Assembly (NCBI GenBank): GCA_973895155.1
Contig: OZ316897.1
Location: 8,145,832 to 8,209,831 of the forward strand
Reading direction: 5' to 3'
Source: Marsupella aquatica
Taxonomy: Eukaryota; Plantae; Marchantiophyta
Length of the DNA: 64,000 nucleotides
In this document: positions 11,521 to 23,065 of the stretch, piece after piece
Numbering within the stretch: the first letter of the stretch is position 1
How the letters are laid out: the number at the start of each line of letters is the position of its first letter
Program-made: the position numbers and the translations under genes
The notes under the pieces: model-generated
Database searches by the model: none
Told to the model about the DNA's origin: nothing
What the model saw: only the letters and a program-made list of their open reading frames with translations

Positions 11521-13727
11521 CATACCAAAAAGAGTTTGGATTCATTTTATTGCCCCAATCGTCTTGCAAAGCAACCTCCAGCAAATGGTGCTACAGGATA
11601 CTTTGCTTGGAGACAAGTTAGGGACCCACTCCACCTGAAAGTCACATACAGTAGTTCTTTGGCTAGGGCCCTTCTTGCTATGATAAGCGAAGATCTGATG
11701 AGGGCATGTGGGTCCACCTTAATGAGAAAGACTCAAAGTAGGAATTTACCAAGCAGCCAGAAGAAGAGATTTCCCAGAGAGATGATTTCGTATCTTAAAA
11801 TGTGCTCCCCACATAAGCAAAACTTGGTCCCACTCACACTCCATGTAGGATCGCAAGAGTTTAGATGAAACAGCCCCCAACATTTTGTGAAGACAACAGC
11901 TGTATTTACTCAATGGAAGGCCACGATCACATCTTGGATACCAGAAAAATGTTGAAGTGCCCCCAAGGTCTGGTAAAGCCCCCCTCATTCATCCAACATG
12001 CTAAAGGTACTCTCATAGACCATCTATGTGGGGGGGGGGGGGGGGGGTGGAGGTGTAGTGTTTTAAACCCTCGGGGAAAATCTCGGCTACACAAACCCCC
12101 CAACCAAAGTGGGGCTCAGATCAAGCTCTTCACACTTAGTGACTTAGAGCCAACTCACATGTGTGGGTCCTAAGAAATGCGGTCCTTCAGCTGCAACAAA
12201 TATTAGGCAAAAAGGAGATCTCTGATAATGGCAAGCAGCCAGGAGGCCGACAAGACGACTACAAGAAGGCAGGAAATAAAAGGTCGCAACCTGCAGGGCT
12301 GCATACTTTCCAGCCCTTGCCCTTGGGACCACATAAAAACTCTCCTCTATACATATCACAACATAAATGAAGTCAGGGCCAACTTTTTTCCTACATGCAA
12401 GTTGGGTCTTAGACAGAAAATGATAATGGCTCAGTGTTTGGGGGGAGCAAGGATAGTCCAAAGCGCCAGCCCAAATGCCAGCACATAGGCACTCACAATC
12501 CAAATGCCATAAACGACTTTCCCAAGACTCGATTCTCTAAAAGTCCCTTGAGACAATAGTACAAAATACAAATAAAATAAAATATCAAGCACCGACCATC
12601 ATTAGCAACCGCCTCATCCGGTCGCACGGCATCATTCCCTCCCGGTCTTTTTTTGTCTCGTCCTTCGTCCCCCAGGCGACCGGCAACAGACCGTCGTCGT
12701 CAAGCGCAGTAGCAATACCTTACAGGTACAACTTACTGTAACAGAAGACGCCTCGTCTCTCGACCGTGTACGTACTCCGGTAATGATGTAACGAGCTTAC
12801 TACTTACTACCACAGTACTGAAATATTTCACGAGAGTTTCGATAGCAGCTCAACGTGTCGCGTCACATGGTCAGCTTTCAATAGACCATGATTCTGTCTC
12901 CTTCTGTCGGTCGTGTCCTCTGCTTATCTGTCGCTTTCGTCTTTGTTCACAATTTGTTTTTTGGACCGTGTTTTTGGTTTCATTCACCGTTATTACTTGT
13001 TTATTTTGTCTTTTTCCCTCCGTATCAGCAATTCGCGTCTTTTTTTTCTGTGATAAGTTTTTTGTTCTTTTGAGGGTGGTGTGACTCTCTGGTTTATGGG
13101 GCCTCTCTAGTGTACTCTTCCTTTTCCTTTGTCTTCTTTCCCCCCCTTGTATTGAGTCTTTTGTCCTTGGGATCTTGTCTCCTTTGTCATCTTCGTTCAC
13201 ATTTGTTTTTGGTTTCATTTTCCGTTTCTGGTTATTTGTTTGTTTGCCTTTGGGCCATCCGTATCAGCAATTCACGGTTGAGGAAAGTGTACAGCGCATG
13301 ATAATTTGCCACATACTACGCGCACTAAAAGCAAATTTGCCACTTTTGGCAATTTGGTCTGCTATGGTTAAATCACATGGAATCGCATCTGCCCCTTCAA
13401 GAGCTACAGTTACCTGTCGGATCTAATTTTCACTATTAATAGTAATATTTTCCTCAAATCATGAGACACACTAGCACCTTAGAGGAAACACGTGAATTGA
13501 ATGTGGAAAAGGGGAGAAGTCTTGAACACTCATGGATTAATGAACTTTTTGTTCTTTTGCCGGTGTTGGGACTACAGTAGGTGTCTTGTGGTGCCTCTTT
13601 GGTCCTCACTCCCTTCTCCCCTTTCCCTCCTTTATCAGTCTTTTGTCCTTGCAACCCTGTTTCCCAGTTCAGAAGTGTGAGAAACATTTCACTATTGTAG
13701 GGTTTTCCTTGATTTCTGTACCTACAG

Positions 13728-13920
13728 TACTTGGCCAGAATCTGACAATTAGACTTGAATCCAGGGGATGTCTATTGATCAGAAATTCAGAAAGTGAAGC
13801 CCAGATGGACCACCATGTTAGACTGTAATTACTTGACCAGAATCTGACAATTATACTTGAATCCAGGTATGTCTATTGATCAGAAATTCAGAAAGTGAGC
13901 GCAGATGGACCACCATGTTA
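13728..13920. repeat. ~102-bp tandem duplication
   Basis: tacttg(g/a)ccagaatctgacaatta..gtctattgatcagaaattcagaaagtga..cagatggaccaccatgtta occurs twice. Confidence 0.9.
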
Positions 13921-14577
13921 TCAGAGTGCTCCCAAACTATGTAGTTAATGGGAGCATCATTTTCCACAAATCATTCATCTAGGAAAACTTAATAAAGAAT
14001 ACTCTTAGCATCTTCTATTTCACACGTACAGTAGGTGACTCTCACACTACCACAGACCCCATTGGTCAGAATATGTCAATCTTCCTTAAATGGAAGGGAC
14101 ATCTAATTATCAGAATTTCATTCATAGGGTCCTCTTGCCAAAAGAGAAATACTTCTAAAAATACACTGGTGTATGGAGAGTTGCAGACGGCTGATGCTCA
14201 AAAGCTACAGGTAGTATTTGTTTTTTTGCCAGATTGTTCCAAGCCGTGTTCTAAGATGGTGCAAGACAGAGCAGAAGGCCAAGGGCCATAAGGCATGTGA
14301 ACCTATCAGCGGGTCCAGGGGGTCCAGGTTACCAGCTATGAAAAGTTCAGAATCTTTGAATAAAATATTTAGTTTGCAGAGAGGAAAACAGAAAAGTAAA
14401 GCCTGGGCGGAGCAAGGAGTTTGCTGTGAAGCCCCTATGCTATGGGACTTCCAAAGCCGAGATAGACCTACTCACAACATCAAAAAATCTGCTCCAATAA
14501 CACTCTTTACAGTTTTGTTTCATATGTGACCTGTAAGTAGTGGCTCATGCAAACTGCTCAGAGCACCCTTAGTAAAA

Positions 14578-15080
14578 GTGAAACATCCTTTCTCAAAATG
14601 GTAAATTGGTGCTCGTGCCCCAAGTACTAATAAGGGCATTCTTTTCACAGAAGTCGGATCTAGCAAATCCCCCCCTCCCTCAAAACTCACCTTGCCCCTC
14701 ACTCATTTACCCAGTTGTAAAACATCCTTTCCCAAAATGGTAAGTTCATGCTCGTGCCCCAAGTACTCAGGGCATTCTTTTCAGAGGTCGGATCTAGCAA
14801 ATCCCCCCCTCCCTCAAAACTCACCTTGCCCCTCACTCATTTACCGAGTTGTAAAACACACTTTCCCAAAATGGTAAGTTGATGCTCCTGCCCCAACTAC
14901 TAAGGGCATTCTTTTCAGAGAGGTTGGATCTAAGCAAATCCCCCCCTCCCTCAAACCTCACCTTGCCCCTCACTCATTTTACCGAGTGGTATCCCGGAGC
15001 CACCACTTGCTCACTCATTAACCGAGTCACTGAGTCACACTTTCGAGCGGCCAATCGACCGCTCACTCATTTACCGAGTT
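14578..15080. repeat. ~135-bp tandem repeat x3 plus two extra cactcatt(t)accgagt motifs upstream of the kinase gene
   Basis: Units start at 14578, 14717 and 14851 and share caaaatggtaa, agggcattcttttca, ggatcta(a)gcaaatccccc and accttgcccctcactcatt. Confidence 0.92.
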
Positions 15081-15483
15081 GCATACAGTGGCCAATGGAA
15101 GGGGCATGCTAAAAGCATCTAAGGACTGTCTTGCATGTGCAAGAGTCCTGAAAACTGCGGCCCTTACCAAGCCACAGATGCCGGGAAAAACTTAAAACCA
15201 AATGTATTACATTTTAAAGGTTCGGGACCTCAAAGGCCGGAAAATTTCCGGCCCTTGCCCTTGTATCTCCACAAAAAGACTCCATCAGGACTGCCGCCCT
15301 CTAGCTGCCTCAACTCATGACACGAGTTCATTTTAGGGCCGATTTGCAAAGGACCAAAGACATGCAAGACGGCCCTAAGAGTGGGACCCAAGGGGGCATA
15401 ATAAATTACTTTCCCATGAACTGTAGAGGAGAATGAGATCATGAGAGATTTTCACTCTCTTTCTGAGTCTCTCGTCACACAAA

Positions 15484-15520
15484 TCTCTCTCTCCTCTCTC
15501 TCTCTCCTCTCTCTCTCTCA
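15484..15520 (+). promoter_or_regulatory. CT-rich (Y-patch/GAGA-type) tract near the presumed start of the kinase transcript
   Basis: An imperfect (CT)n run sits immediately before the GA-rich leader of the kinase gene. Function is inferred. Confidence 0.4.
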
Positions 15521-16782
15521 TCTGTCTCATCACTTCATGAGAAAGCTAGTTCGCTTCTGTAGTAGTGCTGTCGAGCTGGGTCAGTCTGAGTCGGTCAATC
15601 GGCCCTGAGCACGGTCTTCTTCCGCGGAGATTCGCGACTCGCAATCGGGGAAGGACGGAGAAATTTGTAGTAAAAGCCGTGAGCCGGAGGCGCAGGAGAG
15701 GATGGGAGAGGAGTGGAGAGGAGAGGAGAGGAGCGCGGAAAGGAGGAGGGAATTTGTGTGCATCGAAGTCGTTGGAAGCGGAGGAGAAGGAGAAGGAGGA
15801 GGAGAAGGAGGACGACGACGAGGATAAACTTCTTTTGGGCAGGAGGGACTAGTTTGGATTCGTGCCGAGAAGAAAGAGTATCACGAGACTCGCCAGAGAT
15901 TCGGTAGCGGAGCTCAATCTATGGGAGGAGAAATACGCTGTCACCAGATATACAGTAGTGGTGCTGTCGCGCAGGAAGTCAGGGGAGGAGAAAGGGAGTT
16001 TGGGACGAGGATCAGGGCGTTAGGGTAAGGGAGATTCTAGCGAGGATGAGGCGATGGAGGTAGCTTGCCATTGTCGTGTGGGTGGAAGGTTTATTTGTGT
16101 GGGAGGTGGGTAAATGGATGGAAGGGTGGATGGATGAATGGTGCAGGAGGGAGGGGGAGGGGGAGAGAATGACGGTGCGGAGTGTTTGCGGGGTTGGAAT
16201 CGGAAGCGATGTTGAATGTCGCAGTAGTTGCTGCACGACGACGAGGACGAAGAAGAAGAGGAGCAGCAGCAGCTGTTGCTCCAGCATCATCATCTAGGAG
16301 CGCTGCAGCTGATGCTGCTGCTGCTTCCGAACAGGGTTTGTTTTCCACGCAGCAGCAGCAACAGCAACAGCGGCGCACGAGCAGCTTCCGTGTGAAGGGA
16401 TCGTCGGCGAGCGGCTGGTCTTGACGAGGGGAAGGGTTGGAGTTGTTGTACACACATTGCTTGCAATTGACGCGCCTCACGCGTCATCACCTTAGGAAGC
16501 CGCTCTGTCCAGCTGGGGTGTGCCGGCTGCTGGATCGTCGGTTGACGTTCCGCTGGAGAGGACCGACCCGGTCAGTCAGCAGACTGAGGTGACTTGCGCG
16601 GGTCGTAAAGTAGTGAGGAACCCACAGTGAGCACTGGAGAGCAGCTGAGAGGGAGAGAGAGAAGAAGGAAAGGGGGGAACTTCTCCTGCTCTCCCTTTTA
16701 GGTTAGGGACCATCAGGTGGATTTTGATTGGATGCCAGTTGCAGCACGCGAGCAAGGACGGGCAATAGTCCGTCACTCTGCT

Positions 16783-19700
16783 ATGAAATCGGCTGTGTTT
16801 GGTGTTTTCTTACTAGTGATCCAGTTCGCGTCTGTTGCACTAGCTGCGGATCAGGTTGGGGATGGCTCCGAATTATGCAACTGGGAGGATGTGACACGGT
16901 CATGTGGGGAGTTCTTCAGAGACGGAGAAAGATGCTGCCACGCTCTTGCCGCTGCGAATGATGGAGGGTGCTTTTGCTTCGAGAGGACCCCAGTAATTGA
17001 GATATGGAATTCTTTTGGAATAGAAGTTTGCAAGCTGGAGATTTTTGATCAATGCTCAGTTCCAGAATTCAGTGGTCAGTTTTCCGCCTTTCTCTGGCGT
17101 CTTTGATTTCGTGAATATTTCTCTGCATGGTATCTCCGTAGCTATGTTTTGGGGATTCCCGTGATACCTGTGGTGGCTTATAGACCCACCTGAAGCTGTT
17201 CTTTCAGTCTGATCCTTTCTGACAAGTAGAGAAAAAGACGGGGGCAGCTGAAGTACTCGGAAATGTCTCCTGGATTTGTCTGAATCGGCGCATGAGTCGT
17301 TTGGAACGCATGGAGATGGAGTTGTTGGTATTATCGTTTGCTCCTTTGACTATTAGCACATCTTACCTCCTACAGTCGTTGTTTTGTCGTAGCAATAGTC
17401 TCTGCCTTTGTGAACAAGGACGATTACGAGGTTCTAAGCACCCAGCGTAATAATCTCTCTGCTGAGAGTGGAATCGATCATAAGTGACGCACGTTTGAAA
17501 GGAAATAAACGATGAGAACTGGGTTCACTACAGACCCCGGTGGCTGTCTAGTTTGAAACTTTCTTCTTGATTGGAAGAAGCCTGCTAGGGCGTGATTCCT
17601 GTGGTTGCATTCATATTGGGAAATTTATTTCGTGCCATAAAGAATTCCTGGCCTCGTCATTGACGGAGGTTAATGGATTTTTCACTGCGAGCGCAGCTTA
17701 AATGGAGGATTTTTGATTGTTCACTCTCCTGGCTTGAAACGGTGTGAAGGCACAAAGTATATTTCGAAAGGTCGACTTTCTTTGGACACTATCCCGGACC
17801 GGGAATCTTGTTGATATTCATTGGCTGGAGTGCTGCCCTCCAAGACCGTCATGGTAGGACGATGTAGGACCGGTGGTCAGAAAGCTCATGGATGCGAATC
17901 TTCATCATGCCAAATGAGTTTAGTCTCAGTCGTTCTCTTTTCTGCTTGCATGGCAGATTCAAAGTTAGCTCGAGAGCAAGGATCTTCTCGTCTCCGTGGT
18001 CTCAGGAAGCTAGTGCAAGAACAGGTCTCGTCTGAGACCCAACCCGAGGCCGCAGCGGAGGATGCCCACAACGAGGATACTACCGATGAAGGAAAGAGCA
18101 CGGGTGAAGGCTATCCAGGAATAATGGCGGCTGGCTTTATTGGCAGTGTGCTTCTTTCTTGCGCTTACGTTTGCCCGTGTTGGGCAGCAAAGAAGAAGGA
18201 GGTCCCATCAAGTGGAGATTCATTTAAAGAAGATTATTCAAGTAAGCATCGAACTATGGAGAAGCATTCTTGCTATGGACAGTCCGGTTTTCCCCTCCAT
18301 TGATCCGTTAATCAGGGGTTTAAGAAGATGTTGAATTCTTGCTTGGCCTCAGCTCTGTGATTCATGTAAGGTGTCTTCTGCTGTCATATCTGGTAAAAAG
18401 ATTCGCTGAATCGTGTGATGGGAACATCACATCACTGTTGATAATTAGATCAAATCTTTGCAAGGGGTGGTTGAAGGGGCACGGTGAAATATTAGGAAAT
18501 TTGATTTTCTCTTAGCATTGTCTTTTTGGTGGTGATGAAAACATACGTATGTTCTGGGTTCTAATAACAACACCCAGAAGGAATGTGATGATCTCTTTGG
18601 TCCTCGTTTTCTGAAGGGACTCGGACGCCTGTTTAAGGACATAGTCCTTCACTGTTCTCTAAATTATACGCTCAAATAAAGAGCTAGTGTCTCTCCTAAG
18701 GGATGCACATTATGCTGAATCATCCAACGGTTTTTGTGCAGTTAATTCAATATCTAGTAGCCATGACAATTCACGATCACTTGGTCGCTCAATCACGTCA
18801 AGCTTTTCTACTGGCTTTAGCGCTACCGGAGCACACTTGCCAGCACATCCGACAGGTGGTGCCTTAACATTTACTATGGCTGAACTCGTCAAAGTAACAT
18901 CGAATTTCTCCCCCTCTCACAAGATTGGTCAAGGAGGTTTTGGTACTGTGTACAAAGGGAAACTTCGAGATGGGACGGTGGTCGCTGTGAAACGAGCTAA
19001 GAAGGTGAGATCTCAATGATTCGTGTTTGGAACTGGTGTAAAGCATTTTTATATGAGGACGAGATTTCTTGCAAATTCCTATCCAGCTCGCGCGTTTTGC
19101 CAGGTAGGTGGGTTAGTCGCCTCAATGACAGTTGCTTAGCCCAATTCCTGAGGAATCACTGAATTTCACTGGAGTGTATGGTGGGCTTGAGCAGGATGCT
19201 TTTGAGGCACGCCTATCGGTCGAGTTCCAGAATGAGCTAGATATGCTCTCTCAAGTCGATCACTTGAATCTGGTGAAGCTAATTGGGTACTTGGAAGAAG
19301 AGCATGAGCGCATTATTGTGGTTGAATTTGTTCCAAACGGCAACCTCCGTGAGCATCTTGATGGTAATGCTCTTTCAATAAACCGAAATTGCAAATTCGA
19401 GCTTTTCTTTCTATGTACAACTACATGCGAAGATTCTTTAGCATCTAAATGATGGCTAGTCACTTGATGCTTGGAAGATGTGTTCTATGTAATTGGGAAT
19501 TCGAGAAACATCGTGTTTTTCACTTTGGAGCACAGGGTAAATGCAAGTGAGTCCCGAATGATGTGGTGAGGCAATGATGTTCTCGCTTGGGTACAATAGT
19601 TAAAGCTCTTTCTATACACGGGTTTCTATGATTACTGTTCCTATCATTAACAGGGTGTGGCACAGTCGAAGCTCACCATGAAATCTGCTCACCGTGACTA

Positions 19701-21043
19701 CTTTTTCAGGTCAATTCGGCCGTGTGCTTGATATGGCTACTCGGCTAGACGTCTCTATTGATATAGCACATGCTCTTACCTATCTTCATAATTATGCAGG
19801 TAAATGTGCTCCTCATCTGTAACCTCTAAAAACTCGATGTCTTAGTCAATACCCGCAATGGTAAAGATCTATCAATTCAGTGACTTTTGTTGTCCCAGAG
19901 GTTTCAGCGTCATGCGAGTAAATTCCTTGGCTTTGCTAGAATCAGCTTTTGCTGTACCTTCGTGGAGGATTGTATCACGTGTTCTTTGAGTGTTCACGCT
20001 GTTTACTCGTAGATTGAATCAGACGGATTATATGCTTGAATTACATTAGAGTACTTTCTGTAAAAGGTGTCTGATTTCCAGATCTCTAATCAACAATATG
20101 ATCAACAGATCGCCCCATCATACACAGAGATGTGAAGGCTTCAAATATTCTTCTAACGGACACCTATCGAGCAAAAGTTGCTGATTTTGGTTTTTCAAGA
20201 ACGGGACCCACCGATCAAGGGGCCACACATGTCTCCACCCAAGTGAAAGGGACAGCTGGATATTTGGATCCTGAGTACCTAACTACGTACCAATTGAACC
20301 AAAAGAGTGATGTCTACTCTTTTGGTATTCTACTCATAGAGATATTCACTGGCAGAAGACCTATTGAGCTGAAGCGCCCAAGTGATGAGCGTGTTACTGT
20401 GAGATGGGTAAGTGCTACTCGTGGTCTTGTCTAATGTACATATATCATATTGTGCGAAAGGTGCAAATGGAGCGAGAAATTGGATGAGTCTCCTGGTCTA
20501 CTTGTGGTTGTCGTCGTTGTGTTACATGCCTAACATGTACTTGCCGTTGGTCCCTCTGTGGGTGTACTTATTTTAACTCGTATATGCCAGGCCTTTAAGA
20601 AGTTCGTAGAAGGGAAAGTCATGGATATCCTGGATCCTAGATTGGAGAGGACACCAGCGATTCATATGGTGATGGAGAGGCTAGCAGAACTTGCATTTGC
20701 CTGCTCAGCTCCAACAAAGAATGACAGACCAAGCATGAAGAAAGCACAGGAAGTGCTCTGGCAGATCAGAAAGGATTATCAAAACCAGAACACGTCTTCA
20801 GGTCCTGCTTCCCGTGGTGCTGGTCCCTCTTCTTCTAGGCCACAGTCAGAGAGTAGAGGAAGTCCTGGTGTGATGAGTCCATACCCTGCTAGCCCATCTA
20901 GATTAACTACACCAGTAGCTTCCTATGGAAGTCCGTCTAAACCATCTACACCGGGAGGGTACCATGCTAGTTCTTCTGTACCATCTACACCTGTAGGGTT
21001 AAGTACGCCAGTACCGATGAGCCCAGGGCCAAATGGAAGATAG
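16783..21043 (+). CDS. Receptor-like kinase, RLCK-IV / calmodulin-binding receptor-like cytoplasmic kinase (CRCK3-like), with signal peptide, 8-Cys ectodomain and TM helix; 7 exons, 616 aa
   Basis: Exons 16783-17074, 17957-18241, 18742-19004, 19195-19363, 19710-19799, 20109-20407 and 20591-21043 sum to 1851 nt in one frame with GT..AG borders. An alternative in-frame ATG lies at 16732. Kinase motifs: [55 protein letters not shown]. The TM/juxtamembrane segment [17 protein letters not shown] and the RRPIELKR segment are CRCK-like. Confidence 0.9.
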
Positions 21044-22524
21044 TCAGGCTCGTCGTTAATTCCGATAACTGTCTGTGGGCATAGCTTGTAGGCATAATTA
21101 AGAGGTGGACTTCATTAGGGGGCTGAAATCTTACTTTAGTTTTGGGGTTCGTGTACTTGTACTGAAAATCGTGATACGTTCGGAGAAGGGAGAAGGATAT
21201 TGTTCGACGTGACTCATTACACGGTATAATGCATTCAACGAGACGGTCATCCTGGAGAGGAGTTGGATGATGTGTTACTCGCCAGCATGACCGCCTACTA
21301 ATATTTCGGTCTGACGTTTATGCTGAGGTCCTCCCAAGCTGGCAGACTGGAAGGATATTTGCGCCGTGTTTTCTTCAGTCATTCTACAGGAGTCGCGATG
21401 ACAGTGGTAGGACTATTATTTCTCCTCTTCAAGGGAGGTTAGTTAGCAGATTGACAGGATACTTTATAGCGTGGACGTTTAAATCCACTATCCCTCTCGC
21501 CCTATCCATAAGATCGATAGAAAGGAGTTTTGCAGAGTTATTGGTGTGGTGTGGAGACTGAATCCTACTCTTTCTTCTCACTTGAAGAGTATATAAATAA
21601 CAATTTCGAAAGTTGGAGTTGGTACTGTGCAAGGTCTGGATTGTTTGTCGTGGCAGATGATAGGATAATGGGCTGTGGATGAGTTATAACTCCTGTTGTT
21701 AACACAGACTACGCATGGGAATATCTATTGTGAAGGAGAATTCTGGACTACAAGGCTTCAATGTTGGTGAAAGGTTGTAGTGTCTTTAAATTTCATCCAG
21801 CCATGCGATACACATGACTGGCACCAGCACTTATCTTGATGGATGAGTCATTGTGGGCAGTAAGAAATGCGTCACCTGCCCTCCATCCTTCGATATTGTA
21901 GGAACGTCCGCCTGCCTGTTTGGCGCGCAACTGAATTTTGCTCGCATTGATACTGGTGCATCACTCCTACTATTTTCTGTCTTTCATGGCAATGTTCCCG
22001 TGTTCCCCGGAGAAGAATGCGATACTGTAATGTCAGAAAGCCGTTGGCATCGGTCATGCTGACAGAAAGTAGAGAAAGCCTGTCATCACAGGACGGTCGT
22101 TAGCTGGGTGATGGGGGTTTTGCGCTGGACAATAAGCCAACTGTTTGCAGGAAATACTTGAATCCACAGTTTCGGAGCATTTTGGATAGCAGTTCATGCT
22201 GTTGCGGTGCAGCTGGTCGCAAAGGAACATTTCCATCGACGGGCTGTCTGATGAGGGATTTTGGGAGTTCAGCAGAATTTTACGAATGTAGTGTGTCATA
22301 CAGCGAGCTCAAGCACTGTCTGAGGAATTCTACGCATTGGTCGAGGTATAGTTATGGCCTCCCATTGCACATAGAGACCAGCCAAATATGGAATTAGAAT
22401 AACACTGTATTTATACAGAATATCTGGGTTTGTACTTTGTCACTAAAGTTATTCTATCCTATCTAACAATATTGTCAGTGTTTTACTTTATTTTATAAAA
22501 ACACAATCTCTTTGCACATGACTT

Positions 22525-23065
22525 ATAAGTTCACCAAGGGAACCAGGGGAGAAGTTCACCAAGGCAACAGGGGACGGACATAATCTGAGGGATACTTTTA
22601 TTTGTTTATAAAAATGTCACTATTTTGTGTATGAATGAAAGTTCACCAAGGTAATCCGGGGACATAATATGCAGTAACCAGGGGACATAATTTGTAAGTT
22701 CACAAAGGTAATCTGGGGACATAATAGGCGGTAACCAGGGGACATAATTTGTGGGATACTCTTTTTAATTTATAAAAATGTCATAATTTTGTGTATGAAT
22801 GAAAGTTCACCAAGGTAACCAGAGGCCATAATACACTGAATATTGTCATATTTTTATGTTAAAAATTCACCAAGGTAACCAGGGGTCATAATACGCTGAA
22901 TACTGTCATATTTTTATGTGCAATTACTGGGCCGTGGACATAATATGCCGGATACTGTCACTTTTTTATGTGTAATTACTGGGCCGCGCCGCGATGCATA
23001 CTTATGATATGCCTGCAATTACTGGGTCATACTTATGATATGCCAAAACCTGCAATTACTGGGAC
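22525..23065. repeat. Degenerate short-period repeat cluster (aagttcaccaaggtaaccaggggacataat; caattactggg)
   Basis: The core ttcac(c/a)aagg occurs at ~22530, 22555, 22642, 22699, 22806 and 22866. aattactggg occurs four times between 22921 and 23063. Confidence 0.85.
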
